A stretch of DNA of 64,000 nucleotides. Origin: a virus (taxonomy: Duplodnaviria; Caudoviricetes). Numbering within the stretch: position 1 is the stretch's first letter; each line of letters starts with the position of its first letter. The stretch lies in the IMG/VR virus record IMGVR_UViG_3300028887_003391, positions 1-64,000 of that record; one strand, 5' to 3'. A model generated the notes under the pieces. That model saw nothing but the letters and a program-made list of their open reading frames with translations, made no database searches and was not told where the DNA came from. Positions 45,750-55,852 of the stretch are shown one piece after another. A program made the translations under genes and the position numbers.

Positions 45750-46999
45750 TGTCTTTTGCAAATCCTAGTGTCCGCTACAACGAACAGACCCTCGACGCTA
45801 CCGAGCAGGCCCGTGTCCGCTCGCAAATCAACGCGCAGGAAGCCAAGGAAGGCAAGGACGTCGTCGCTACCGACCTTATCGAGAAGCTCGCCAACCTCCC
45901 CGGCAACGCACAGGAAAACTCCATCGAGGCCATCAAGGTGAACGGGACCGCGGCGACGATCGATCCGACCGACAAGTCGGTCAACATCGCGGTGCCTACC
46001 AACCGGACAGTCCACCTGGCAATCGAGGAAGCCGATAGCTCGATTACGTCTATCGCCAGCCTCCCCACGAACCCGAGTGACGACCCGTGGATTTATGCCC
46101 CGTGCGCCCAGAACGCAACGACCGAGGAAGATCCGAACGACCCCGGCCAGACGGTGAATGTCCCGGCAAAGTCCGGCTTCATGTCCGCGGTTGACAAGGT
46201 CAAGCTCGATGCGCTGTTCAGCTCAATCTATGCAAAGATTAGCGGGACCGACACAGAGGTCACCCCGGGCGACTCCGGGAAGCTCATCTTCGCGGAAGGC
46301 ACCAACGTCACGCTTGCAGTATCCACGGACGCAACAACCGGCGACAAGACACTCACAATCAGCTCTACCGGTGGCGGTGGTGGCGGTGGCGAAATGAACG
46401 TCATCAACGGCGTCAAGCTGTATGGCGCATCCGATCCGCTTACCCCGGATTCTACCACCAAGGTAGTGACAGTCCCCCTCGCAACCGCGGCAACGGGGGG
46501 AGCCGGCGGAGCCGCTGGTCTTCTCAGCGGTGCGGAAAAGGAACAGATTGGCGAGTTAAACACTTGGCTCTCTTCGGTATGGCCTACACCTGATGCCAGC
46601 GACAACGGCAAGGTCCTCGGCGTAGTCGATGCAAACGGCACACTCGACTGGGTTTCCGGCGGTGGTGGCGGTGGCGAAACGAACGTCATCGAATCCATCC
46701 GTCTCGAAAACGACACCGCGGACGTGAGTATCACCAACAAGAAGGCCACTATCCCGCTTGCTACCGCACCGGCATCCGGCTCCACCGGAAACACCGGCGT
46801 AGTCACTGCATCGGACAAGGCAAATATCGACAATGCCGTCCAGTGCAAGGTGAACCCCGAGGAAACGGGAACCCCGACACTGCTCCCGCAGCAGTTGTTC
46901 GTCGTCGAAAGCGACTCGCAAATCATTGACATCGTCCAGAACCACAGTTCAGACATCGGCGGAAAGGGGACGCTGTTCTTCCGCATAACGGGAGTCTAG
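45749..46999 (+). CDS. tail fibre-like protein
   Basis: Three repeats of N.I..I/V...G/N..VP and G..S..DK motifs; poly-Gly hinges. Confidence 0.75.
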   Translation: MSFANPSVRYNEQTLDATEQARVRSQINAQEAKEGKDVVATDLIEKLANLPGNAQENSIEAIKVNGTAATIDPTDKSVNIAVPTNRTVHLAIEEADSSITSIASLPTNPSDDPWIYAPCAQNATTEEDPNDPGQTVNVPAKSGFMSAVDKVKLDALFSSIYAKISGTDTEVTPGDSGKLIFAEGTNVTLAVSTDATTGDKTLTISSTGGGGGGGEMNVINGVKLYGASDPLTPDSTTKVVTVPLATAATGGAGGAAGLLSGAEKEQIGELNTWLSSVWPTPDASDNGKVLGVVDANGTLDWVSGGGGGGETNVIESIRLENDTADVSITNKKATIPLATAPASGSTGNTGVVTASDKANIDNAVQCKVNPEETGTPTLLPQQLFVVESDSQIIDIVQNHSSDIGGKGTLFFRITGV

Positions 47000-47000
47000 C

Positions 47001-48596
47001 ATGGGAACAAAAACTCACTGGGGCAAGATAGCCTGTCATTTCCCGAGCAGGGGGAACCCAAACGCCGACACCTACGGCATCAAGTTCCTCAAAAAGAACG
47101 GGGGGTCCAATGACCTCATGGACATTGACCGTGTCTACATGATCCCACCCGGCGCGACTGTCCAGTCCGTGGCCGACCTGGAAAAATACATCGTGTGGAC
47201 GACAGACATATCGCTTGAAGAAACCAACGATGCAGTCACGATTGAATACATCCCGGTAGAGGACATCAGCCTCAGCAACCTGGCGATATTCACGGAAACG
47301 TCTGAATCGTCTACCTCGGTAAACGTTGCCATCTTTCACGAGAGCGGCCTTGTTGTCGCAAAGGTCAGTGGCGACACGATTTCAAGCGAGACCATGTTCG
47401 GCAAGAATGGCTACCGCCGGCTTGCCGCGGTGTCCGGCGTGACCCTCAAAAAAGGCTACAAGTATTACATCCAGTACACCAATAGCAATGCCTCATTCAA
47501 GCCGGAAGCCATTAGCGGATGGCACGGCAACTACCTAAAATGGACGCATGGTCAGGCCCAGAGCAAGAGCATCGCCAACATCAACGATACAGACGGTTAT
47601 TATGGGGAAACCGGTGACATCGACACGTTCATTGCGACCACCGCCGGTGTTTTCTATCGGTGGACGGGGAGCTTTACCGGCCTCTCATCAGGGACAATCT
47701 ACATAAGAAATTCTGCCGCCTCCGGGCCATACATCGGCGCTGTCGGAACATCCGGTACCAGCCTCCCCGTTGCAGCAAAAGACACAATTCTGGGCGCAGC
47801 CGCAAACAATGTATTCCGCTACGTCGGGTGGAACTACAACGAAGGCGGTCAAAACGTCCTTGAAGAAAACCACATCTACACCCGCACGGCATCGCTCGAT
47901 CCGTTGCAGTATGAGGGCATGAAGTCAACTGCCAAGGACCTTCTCAATGACCTCGCATTGTACGACTATGCAATCTACACCGGCAGCAACGTCAGCTCTT
48001 ACCTGATACAAAACAGGATTTACCGGAAAATTGCCAGCATAAATGTCCCGGAAGAAATCAATTTCGGCGATTACGGCAATTACATGGACGCGCTGATGGC
48101 CCTCATCAACAAGAGCTACGTAGCGGGCGGCACAAACAAGGCCGTCGGCGCAACCGGTGAATTCTACTATGCCGACCATACCGGCGACGTATATACCCTC
48201 AAATCGGGATATACCGTAGATTTCGGCCCAAACGATGCAGGATACGGCACTTCATACACCGGATGGACAGCTAATTGTATCTATTACCTGAACGAAAATG
48301 GGCAATATCCTGACGGCCACCACAACCCAGGCATTTATGCCTATACCGGTTCCGCGTTCACCATAGTTGGCGACACTAGCTCAGGTCAGCAAACTGTTCC
48401 CAACTTCTTCGACATCGTCTCGCTCTTTTCGGCGGTGACCGAAGTGCCATTGGAAGACGCGGTCAACCACATCGGAACGGCGTCGGACCTCGCATCCGCC
48501 GCTTACGACAACACCTACCAGTCCGACGGGGTCAGGTCGGCGACGAAATACACTGACCAGAAGTTTTACCTTGAACTAAACGGTATGGAGGTTTAA
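47001..48596 (+). CDS. virion/tail tip protein candidate
   Basis: G/T/Y/N-rich 531 aa protein in late fibre operon. Confidence 0.65.
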   Translation: MGTKTHWGKIACHFPSRGNPNADTYGIKFLKKNGGSNDLMDIDRVYMIPPGATVQSVADLEKYIVWTTDISLEETNDAVTIEYIPVEDISLSNLAIFTETSESSTSVNVAIFHESGLVVAKVSGDTISSETMFGKNGYRRLAAVSGVTLKKGYKYYIQYTNSNASFKPEAISGWHGNYLKWTHGQAQSKSIANINDTDGYYGETGDIDTFIATTAGVFYRWTGSFTGLSSGTIYIRNSAASGPYIGAVGTSGTSLPVAAKDTILGAAANNVFRYVGWNYNEGGQNVLEENHIYTRTASLDPLQYEGMKSTAKDLLNDLALYDYAIYTGSNVSSYLIQNRIYRKIASINVPEEINFGDYGNYMDALMALINKSYVAGGTNKAVGATGEFYYADHTGDVYTLKSGYTVDFGPNDAGYGTSYTGWTANCIYYLNENGQYPDGHHNPGIYAYTGSAFTIVGDTSSGQQTVPNFFDIVSLFSAVTEVPLEDAVNHIGTASDLASAAYDNTYQSDGVRSATKYTDQKFYLELNGMEV

Positions 48597-48598
48597 CC

Positions 48599-50026
48599 GT
48601 GAAACAGTTCTACGCGCTTGACAAAGCCACCCGCGAAATTGCATACCAGTCCGCCAGCCTCTTCATGCTCAAGGACGCGATCAAGTATGACAACCGCGAC
48701 GAGGCCGACTTCATTTTTACAGAGGACATCGACATGAAATACCTTTCCCGCGTTGTGTATGTTGACGACCAGTGCATATACAACAACAAAGATTTCTGGA
48801 CGAACTCCGCGGCGGACATTATCGAAAACTACGACGAGCACACAGTCCTTGACTTCTTGGGCAAGCCTGTCGACAAGGTCCGCTTCGAGGTTGAATACAA
48901 TTCCAACTCGTCCCGCATCGCGGCAATCGACGGCGTGGCGGGCGAGGTTGACTACAATATAGAAGTGGCGAATGAGATGATAGCCCTCTTCAAGGAAGAG
49001 TGCATCCTCACGGATTTCATTGGCATCACCCCGCTGGAAATCGCCGAGAAGTTAGCGCCGGCCTACACACTGGTGCTTACCGGTTCATTCCGCGAAGCGA
49101 AGACCGTCTTCCAGGCACTCGACACCGACCCGTTCCTTACGGAAGAACGCAAGCAGAAGTACATCGACATGCTTGATGCCGCTGACTCAATCGAGTATGC
49201 GAGCGGCGACGAGCTCATCTTCACGACAGAACCGACAGAAGATCCAGAAGAACCCGTAGAGACCCCCACGTTCACCCGCGTATATACCATGGACCAGTCA
49301 TCCAATATGACGAAGCTCCATACGTTCTACTACGCGCCTATCCAGATGGCCGACACCGACAAGCTGTTAATGGTCATCAGGCATGCCGAACGCGACGATA
49401 CATCCGGCGAGGGCGACCTCAACGAAACCGGCGTGAACCACGCGACATCAATCGGTACCAAGCTGGCCTACGGCGCAACCCCGTCTTCCAGCAACCCGAC
49501 GCCGATCAACATCGAGGCGAACGACGCCCATTACTGGTCAACCGAAATCCCCCGCACGAAGCATACCGCACAGGCAATCGCCGCGGCCCGTGGAGATACG
49601 GACTCGGATGCAGCGGACTACTCCGGCGTTACCGTGGACCAGGACCTGCTCGAAGGCTACCGGTTCATGAAGACACGCCCGTCGTCCGGCGCCACCGCCC
49701 TTCTCAGGAAGTATTCGAACGACCCGTCCCAGCTCACCGAGGACGAGCTCTCCACATACTTCGGGGTCAGCACGGCGGAGGAAGCGGTCGCCAAGCGCAA
49801 CGCAGACACGTTCCAGTTCGCGAACGAGATGCTCGCGAAGGCAGACAAGCGGCTTAACGTGTTCGTGACACACGACTACTTCATCGGCCCGTTCATCGCA
49901 GGCATCACCGACGGACAGTTCGACAGCAGCAACACCAACCCGTGGGTCAAGTATTGCTCCGGTGTGGCCCTCGTCCTGCACGAGGACAACACCTACGACG
50001 CATTCCCGATCAAGTGCGACGCATAA
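48599..50026 (+). CDS. two-domain protein: fibre-chaperone-like N-terminus plus histidine phosphatase-superfamily C-terminus
   Basis: VIRHAER, L...G..HA..IG, ST..RT..TA, FVTHD after a PTEDPEEP linker. Confidence 0.7.
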   Translation: MKQFYALDKATREIAYQSASLFMLKDAIKYDNRDEADFIFTEDIDMKYLSRVVYVDDQCIYNNKDFWTNSAADIIENYDEHTVLDFLGKPVDKVRFEVEYNSNSSRIAAIDGVAGEVDYNIEVANEMIALFKEECILTDFIGITPLEIAEKLAPAYTLVLTGSFREAKTVFQALDTDPFLTEERKQKYIDMLDAADSIEYASGDELIFTTEPTEDPEEPVETPTFTRVYTMDQSSNMTKLHTFYYAPIQMADTDKLLMVIRHAERDDTSGEGDLNETGVNHATSIGTKLAYGATPSSSNPTPINIEANDAHYWSTEIPRTKHTAQAIAAARGDTDSDAADYSGVTVDQDLLEGYRFMKTRPSSGATALLRKYSNDPSQLTEDELSTYFGVSTAEEAVAKRNADTFQFANEMLAKADKRLNVFVTHDYFIGPFIAGITDGQFDSSNTNPWVKYCSGVALVLHEDNTYDAFPIKCDA

Positions 50027-50049
50027 CTGTTTCGTAACCCGAAACCGAC

Positions 50050-50080
50050 TATAAACTAGGGGCTGAACAACCCCTAGTTT
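50050..50080 (+). promoter_or_regulatory. class L promoter overlapped by a perfect 10-bp hairpin
   Basis: TATAAACTA 50050-50058; AAACTAGGGG/CCCCTAGTTT then T-tract. Confidence 0.7.
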
Positions 50081-50087
50081 TGTTTTT

Positions 50088-50363
50088 ATGGAAGAGATAG
50101 ACAAGCTCGTAGAAGCAGCCCGCAGTGACTGTGACGACAATGTCCTCGTAGATGCGTTCGGCAAGGCCGCATACGCCATCTTCGGCGAACCGCTCATAGA
50201 AACAGTGGTATATCGCGAAGGCCACAAGAACTCGAAGGGTGAGGATGCCCCGTGGGTCATCGAATCCCACGAGACGGGCGAAATCCTGAGCAGCCATCCG
50301 AGCAAGGAAGCTGCCGACGAGCATCTCGTTCAGATGCGCAAGTTTAAACACATGAAAGGATAA
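50088..50363 (+). CDS. small late protein with leader module
   Basis: N-terminus homologous to the 57545-57937 and 58016-58654 products. Confidence 0.75.
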   Translation: MEEIDKLVEAARSDCDDNVLVDAFGKAAYAIFGEPLIETVVYREGHKNSKGEDAPWVIESHETGEILSSHPSKEAADEHLVQMRKFKHMKG

Positions 50364-50366
50364 TCA

Positions 50367-51236
50367 ATGGGACGTCAACTCGTCATTTCAGTCGCCGGTG
50401 GCGGTGCCCTGGGCATCGGCCCCCTGGCCTTCCTCTGCAAGGTAGAACAGCTCACCGGGAAGAAAATCCCCGACATCGCACAGGCATACGCCGGCACGTC
50501 AACCGGCGCAATCATCGCTGCCGGTTTCGCGGAAGGCTATTCCGCCCATGACCTGTACGACCTCTACCGCAACAACCTGAAAAAGATTTTCACGAAGTAT
50601 GGCGTAATCCAGCGCCTTAAACCGAAGTGTCCGACCTACAACAACTCCAACCTCAAGAAGCTCTTGCAGGAGAAGTTCGCCGGCAAAATCGGGACCTGGA
50701 AGAAACCGGTCTATATCCCGTCCACCTGCATGAACGGCTCTTCTGTTGAAAAGGTGTGGGATCTTGGTGACAAAGATGTTGATAAGTGGTTTGCAGTGTT
50801 GACAAGCACGGCAGCCCCGACCTACTTCGATTGCGTCTACGACAGCGACAAGAACTGCTACATCGACGGTGGCATGTGGAAGAACTCCCCGGTCGATGTC
50901 CTCAACGCGGGCCTCCTCAAATCCGGCTGGTCCAACTTCAAGGTCCTCGACCTCGAAACCGGCATGGACACCCCGAACACCGACAGCGGCAACAAGACCC
51001 TCGTCGGCTGGGCGGAATACATCTTCTCCGACTGGGTGGCAAGGTCCAGCAAGTCCGGGGAATACGAAGTCAAGTCCATCATCGGGGAAAAGAACGTCCT
51101 CGCAGTGCGCCCGTATGTCCAGAAGAAGCCGAAAATGGACGACATCTCCAGCAAGAACCTCGACAATGTCACGCAAATCTGGGAAGAATACTTCTACTCC
51201 AAGAAGGACGAAATCTCCAAATGGCTGAACCGCTAG
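50367..51236 (+). CDS. patatin-like phospholipase
   Basis: GGGALG, GTSTG, AAPTYF, DGG. Confidence 0.92.
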   Translation: MGRQLVISVAGGGALGIGPLAFLCKVEQLTGKKIPDIAQAYAGTSTGAIIAAGFAEGYSAHDLYDLYRNNLKKIFTKYGVIQRLKPKCPTYNNSNLKKLLQEKFAGKIGTWKKPVYIPSTCMNGSSVEKVWDLGDKDVDKWFAVLTSTAAPTYFDCVYDSDKNCYIDGGMWKNSPVDVLNAGLLKSGWSNFKVLDLETGMDTPNTDSGNKTLVGWAEYIFSDWVARSSKSGEYEVKSIIGEKNVLAVRPYVQKKPKMDDISSKNLDNVTQIWEEYFYSKKDEISKWLNR

Positions 51237-51916
51237 ACATCGTAGTCTCACTGACGACCTGGTCCGGGCGGATCAACTGCCCGGAGCTTCCCCGCGTCCT
51301 CGCCCGATGGCTCACGCAGAAGACCCCGTTCAGGTACAAGGTCGTCCTGGTCCTGTCCACCGACGAGTTCGGCAGGGGCTACCGTCTCCCGGACGCGATT
51401 TCGGTCATGGCGCAGAACTCCCCGAAGTTCGAGATACTCTGGACCAAGGAGAATACCCGCGCCCTGAAAAAGCTCGATCCGACGATGAAGAAATACCCGG
51501 ACATCCCGGTCATCACGACAGACGACGATGTCGTAGTGTCCCCGTTCACGGTGGACTACCTCACGCGGCTCCACAAGGCATACCCGAAAACAATCCTCGG
51601 CCACTGGCTGCAGTCCACAGCCGGCGTGAAGCTGGTCGCGGGCCTGCGCCTGTTCCCGCCACACTCCCTCGCGGACTGGCCCACGGAATGGTTCTCCAAA
51701 TACTTCAAGATGCTCCACGACGACGAGTGGAACGGTCTCCGCGCAATGGCAAAGGGGACCCCGCTTGCCAGGATCCCCAAGAACGTAATCGAAAACATTG
51801 ACTACGGCGACGAAAAGATTGCTTTCAGGAACGAATACAGCAGGTTCCGTTACGGCGCCGCGCTGAAAGAGTTCATGCGGGAGCACCCTGAACTCGGACT
51901 GCGCCTCCCCGTTTGA
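51221..51916 (+). CDS. glycosyltransferase-like protein (GT-A)
   Basis: IVVSLTTW..RI, ITTDDD, HDD.W; paralog of 58659-59321. Confidence 0.7.
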   Translation: MAEPLDIVVSLTTWSGRINCPELPRVLARWLTQKTPFRYKVVLVLSTDEFGRGYRLPDAISVMAQNSPKFEILWTKENTRALKKLDPTMKKYPDIPVITTDDDVVVSPFTVDYLTRLHKAYPKTILGHWLQSTAGVKLVAGLRLFPPHSLADWPTEWFSKYFKMLHDDEWNGLRAMAKGTPLARIPKNVIENIDYGDEKIAFRNEYSRFRYGAALKEFMREHPELGLRLPV

Positions 51917-52520
51917 GAAGGTTCATCCTCTCCCTGGTCTCGCCATTTACGGTAATCACCTTATACGGTTTGCCCGCGCCCTTCACGCGGGCAATATTGT
52001 TCCTGGTGCCTATGCTGACACCGTCCCACAACATGAGCGCAGAATCGCAGTCACGGCACATCGCGGCATCCTTCACCGCATAAAAGGCCTCGCCATGCAG
52101 ACCGATGGTCTCCCCGTTGCATGAGATGATGCAGCATCCCGGCACATAGTCGCACCGCGGGGTCGAGTTGCTCGTGTATATGGTGACGTTCTTGTATTCC
52201 TTGCGGGCAAGGTATCTCTGGACGGCGGAATCCACGCCATAGCAGTCGCCCACGAGGATTTCCGCACCCTTCATGATGAACTGGTCGATAATGCGCTCGA
52301 CCTCCGGGGTGAGAACCTTGATTGATGCAGAACCAGATATGAACAGCTTCATGCCGCGCCTCCATGCAGCCCGCGAAACCATGGCATCGTGCAGCGAGCA
52401 ATACACAAGAACGACAATCCACAGGGCGAAGCAAATGCCCATCAGCGCGAAGACCATCGCGGCCATCGAACCGAGAACAGTAATCATGTCGTCAACGAGT
52501 GCCATGATCCAAATATACAT
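51873..52520 (-). CDS. SLOG/YspA-like nucleotide-binding protein, possibly with N-terminal TM helix
   Basis: LFISGS, VGDCYGVD, KD.AM...D, WDG.S.GT..NI. Confidence 0.7.
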   Translation of the reverse strand: MYIWIMALVDDMITVLGSMAAMVFALMGICFALWIVVLVYCSLHDAMVSRAAWRRGMKLFISGSASIKVLTPEVERIIDQFIMKGAEILVGDCYGVDSAVQRYLARKEYKNVTIYTSNSTPRCDYVPGCCIISCNGETIGLHGEAFYAVKDAAMCRDCDSALMLWDGVSIGTRNNIARVKGAGKPYKVITVNGETRERMNLLKRGGAVRVQGAPA

Positions 52521-53665
52521 TATTTTCTCACGTTGGCTTCCATCACGGTGAACGCGATGAAGTAAAGGACGGCAAGAACGGCATAGAGCGCGGTCCCGGA
52601 CAGGTTATTCGCGAGCAGCGGCCCGAAAATTCCGCCCACGCTCCACCCGGTAAGGGTCATGGAATGGACGCGGGAAGCGTTCTCGATGCCGAAGCGCTTC
52701 GCCAACAGGCTCGGAAGGCCGGAGAAATTACCGCCGTATGCGGCCTCCACCATGAGTATGCCGAGCACAGTCAACGGGACGCTCCCGGTAATGCAGAACA
52801 GGGAACCGAGAATACCGAAACTGCAAATGAAATGATACGACGCCTTGCGGCCTATGCGGTCGGAAAGCGCAGAGAAGCCTAGCCTACCGCCGGAGTTAGC
52901 CAATGCGGTGACTGACAGGACGGCGCCTATCGCGGCAATGCCGAGGCCGGAAAACAGCCCCTTCTCCTGCGAGATAATCGCCAAGCCGCAGCTGATGTTG
53001 GTCATGAACATGAACCAGATGGCCCACCATTCCCTCGACCGCAGCAAATAGGAATAACGGAAGCAGTCGAGGTTCTTCGGGATTTCTATACTCGGGTATT
53101 TCCTGATAAACAGGCTGGACAGCACCATCACCACGGCATATACCGCACCAAGCGCGTAGAACACGCCATACAGCGGCAGCGTGGCAAGCAGCCACTCGAT
53201 AACCGGGGATGCGACGAACTTGGCAAGTCCAAACCCGGTAATGGCCAGCCCGGACGCAAGCCCCTTGTGGTCGGCGAAAAACTTCATCAAGCTCTTTACC
53301 GGCGTAACATAGCCTATGCCCGTCCCGGCGCCTATGAACATCGTCGCGATGTAGAAGGCCGCCACGGATTCGATAAGGACAGACGTCCCGAGCATCAGGA
53401 AGCCCGTGATGAAGATTATCGTGGACAACCACGCGCCGAAACGCGGGTTCTTCTCGATGGCCGATCCGAAAATCGCGGCGCACATACCGAGGAAGAAGAT
53501 GATGAGGGTAAACCCTACGCTCACCGCACCCTTCGACAAGTCGAAAGTCTTCATGAGCTCGGGGGCGAACTGGCTCCAGCAGTAAACGGAGCCAATGCAG
53601 GTCGTCAGCGCCACGCCGGGTATGGCGCAGTTAAGCCAGCGGTTCGGCATATTTTCCTGGATCAT
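52520..53665 (-). CDS. MFS transporter, oxalate/formate antiporter (OFA/YhjX-like) family
   Basis: About 12 hydrophobic helices; IGSVY.WS, G.G.GIGYVTPV..L.K.F.D.KGLASGLAI.GFG, N..GRL....LSDRIGR. Confidence 0.88.
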   Translation of the reverse strand: MIQENMPNRWLNCAIPGVALTTCIGSVYCWSQFAPELMKTFDLSKGAVSVGFTLIIFFLGMCAAIFGSAIEKNPRFGAWLSTIIFITGFLMLGTSVLIESVAAFYIATMFIGAGTGIGYVTPVKSLMKFFADHKGLASGLAITGFGLAKFVASPVIEWLLATLPLYGVFYALGAVYAVVMVLSSLFIRKYPSIEIPKNLDCFRYSYLLRSREWWAIWFMFMTNISCGLAIISQEKGLFSGLGIAAIGAVLSVTALANSGGRLGFSALSDRIGRKASYHFICSFGILGSLFCITGSVPLTVLGILMVEAAYGGNFSGLPSLLAKRFGIENASRVHSMTLTGWSVGGIFGPLLANNLSGTALYAVLAVLYFIAFTVMEANVRK

Positions 53666-55542
53666 TTCAACCCCGCAATCGGCTTCTCGTTTTCGAGGCC
53701 GAACGAATTGTTCACACGCTCGGTAGCCTGGGCAATCTGTTCAAGCCACCCACCCTTGTTACCGCCGACCTTCTCGGTGGAGAAGGCGTCGACGCGGTTG
53801 TCAACGAACGCAGCCGCACGGCGAGGAATCTTCTCCCATTCCCTCGCGGCCTTCGGGTTCTTCTCGACCACGCCCTGGACCGCCTGCCGGAGCTTCATGT
53901 AGCGTGCCGGAAGGGTGCTGCTGAAGAACTTGCCAATGGCCATCATCACGTTGCCGTCCATCGCCGGGATTACCTTCTCGTTCTTGGACGACTTCATCGC
54001 CTCCTTGAACTCGTTGACCGTCCGGGTCACATAGTTCTCGTTGGCGAACCCGCTTGCGATGTCATGGGAATTGATCTGCTTCCTGACGTTGGAATCGTTG
54101 CTGAACGGGGAACCGCTGAACAGTCTCTCGACATGCTTGACGGCCTCGTCGCGGGTGCGGACCCACTGGCCGAAATACCATGCCTCGAACCCGCGCATGA
54201 TTGCTGCCGGAGTGACCGACTTCATGCCGTTGTTCTGTTCCTTCTTCACATCGCCGGCGGTAAGATACTGGGTGATAATCGCGCCGAGCTCCGCGTCGTT
54301 GTGGTTATACTGCTCCGGCGTTACGCGGTTCATCGCAGGCGGAACCTTGCCCATCACGGCGCGGCATGCGTCCACGTCGGCACCGGAAATGCTATCAACC
54401 GAGCCAGAAATTTCCGACGGGTTCGCATCGGCCATCACGGTCATGTATTCCCGGATAGCGTCATCGGTGTAGATGTCCCCATCGACCTGCGTATCGGCCT
54501 TGCGTGCCTGATGGCAGTCCTGGCCGAGCATGCGGTTCTTGTCCTGGTTATCTGAAAGGAGGAACTTCCAGAGCTGCTTCGCCCAGTCGTTCTCATCTCC
54601 GTTCTCGCCCTGCCCGTCAGTCTTGCCGGTACCGTTCCCGGCGCCCGTCAGGTGGGCAGTCACATACTTGCCGACAGTGGCATCATCCCCGGACATCTCG
54701 TCGGAAGAAAGCTCGTTGACCGCAGCCACGACCTTCTGGAGATGGGCGAGAATAGCCTTCTTGTCTTCATCCGTGACGGTTGCCGGATCGACAGCAACGC
54801 CGTCCTTCTGCGCCGTCTCCTGGATGAAGCGGTCGATGTCACGCTCGCCATAGAAGTCAGGCTGCATTTCCTGCGCACCGTCGTTCCTGCCGTTCTTGGC
54901 ATCCGCACCGAGACCGCTATTCTTGGTCGCATCATCAGAAGTAAGATACGCCCACACGCGGTCGGGCAGAGACGCAGGCTGCGCCTGCTGTTGCTGCTTC
55001 TGCGGGGCCGGCTTCGGACGCTTGCCGGAGATAAAGTCCCCGATGGCCTTCTTGAACTTCACGTTCAGGTTCCCCTTCGCGGAATCACCGCGGATAACGC
55101 TGACGATGGCCGACTGCAAGGAGGAATCCTTGTCCTGCTCCATGAGATCGTTGATACTCGCGGAAAGGATGGAAGCCATCAGCTTGCGCGGGCCGATAAA
55201 CACCTCGCCGTCCTTGACTTCAAGGGCCTTCGAGTTCGTCGGAGAGCCCTTCTCGTGCTCGTTGTCCGCATGGATGGTAACTCCGCCAACATCGACCGTC
55301 ACGTCGAGCTTGCCGGACCTGCGTTTCGCGGCAAGGTAGCCCCAGCCGTCGTCGGAATTCACAAAGTCGGCGAGCCAGTCGCACACCGCCTGGGACATCG
55401 CCCCGGCGTCTGGAGCCGGATCTGCCGGGGTTCCGACATCGGCCTCCACGAAGACAGGCCTTTCCCCCGCTTCGAGCAGGATGCTGTCCATTTCGAGCAG
55501 CGCACTGCCCATGTCATAATCATATCCGTTATAGGCGCCCAT
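53662..55542 (-). CDS. large hypothetical protein with internal repeats and LLE/FVE leader motifs
   Basis: Repeat W.(Y/F)L.SD...KN..LG.D....R; ATGA-coupled to MFS gene. Confidence 0.7.
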   Translation of the reverse strand: MGAYNGYDYDMGSALLEMDSILLEAGERPVFVEADVGTPADPAPDAGAMSQAVCDWLADFVNSDDGWGYLAAKRRSGKLDVTVDVGGVTIHADNEHEKGSPTNSKALEVKDGEVFIGPRKLMASILSASINDLMEQDKDSSLQSAIVSVIRGDSAKGNLNVKFKKAIGDFISGKRPKPAPQKQQQQAQPASLPDRVWAYLTSDDATKNSGLGADAKNGRNDGAQEMQPDFYGERDIDRFIQETAQKDGVAVDPATVTDEDKKAILAHLQKVVAAVNELSSDEMSGDDATVGKYVTAHLTGAGNGTGKTDGQGENGDENDWAKQLWKFLLSDNQDKNRMLGQDCHQARKADTQVDGDIYTDDAIREYMTVMADANPSEISGSVDSISGADVDACRAVMGKVPPAMNRVTPEQYNHNDAELGAIITQYLTAGDVKKEQNNGMKSVTPAAIMRGFEAWYFGQWVRTRDEAVKHVERLFSGSPFSNDSNVRKQINSHDIASGFANENYVTRTVNEFKEAMKSSKNEKVIPAMDGNVMMAIGKFFSSTLPARYMKLRQAVQGVVEKNPKAAREWEKIPRRAAAFVDNRVDAFSTEKVGGNKGGWLEQIAQATERVNNSFGLENEKPIAGLK

Positions 55543-55565
55543 CACAAATCCTTCCTCATTCAGAT

Positions 55566-55850
55566 TTAGCAAAATGGTATCAGCGCGTTTTCGTGGCAGA
55601 ACTTCCTGTCGCGCTGGACATACAGGCCAAGTTCCTTGAGCTTGCCGACAAGTCCCTTGAACGGAACCTGCACCGGCGACGACCCGTCCACGGAGACCGT
55701 CGCAGTCTCCTGTTTCGGATCATATTCAATCGTTGCACGGAGCTTCCCATCCCGTTCATACTTGGAACGGGTGAAGTCTCCCGGGCACCATCCCTGGAGG
55801 ATGCCCTCGATTGTCTTGAATTTCCATAATGCGAAACGGTCAGGCGACAT
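55566..55850 (-). CDS. hypothetical protein
   Basis: 94 aa, GGAGG RBS. Confidence 0.6.
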   Translation of the reverse strand: MSPDRFALWKFKTIEGILQGWCPGDFTRSKYERDGKLRATIEYDPKQETATVSVDGSSPVQVPFKGLVGKLKELGLYVQRDRKFCHENALIPFC

Positions 55851-55852
55851 GG

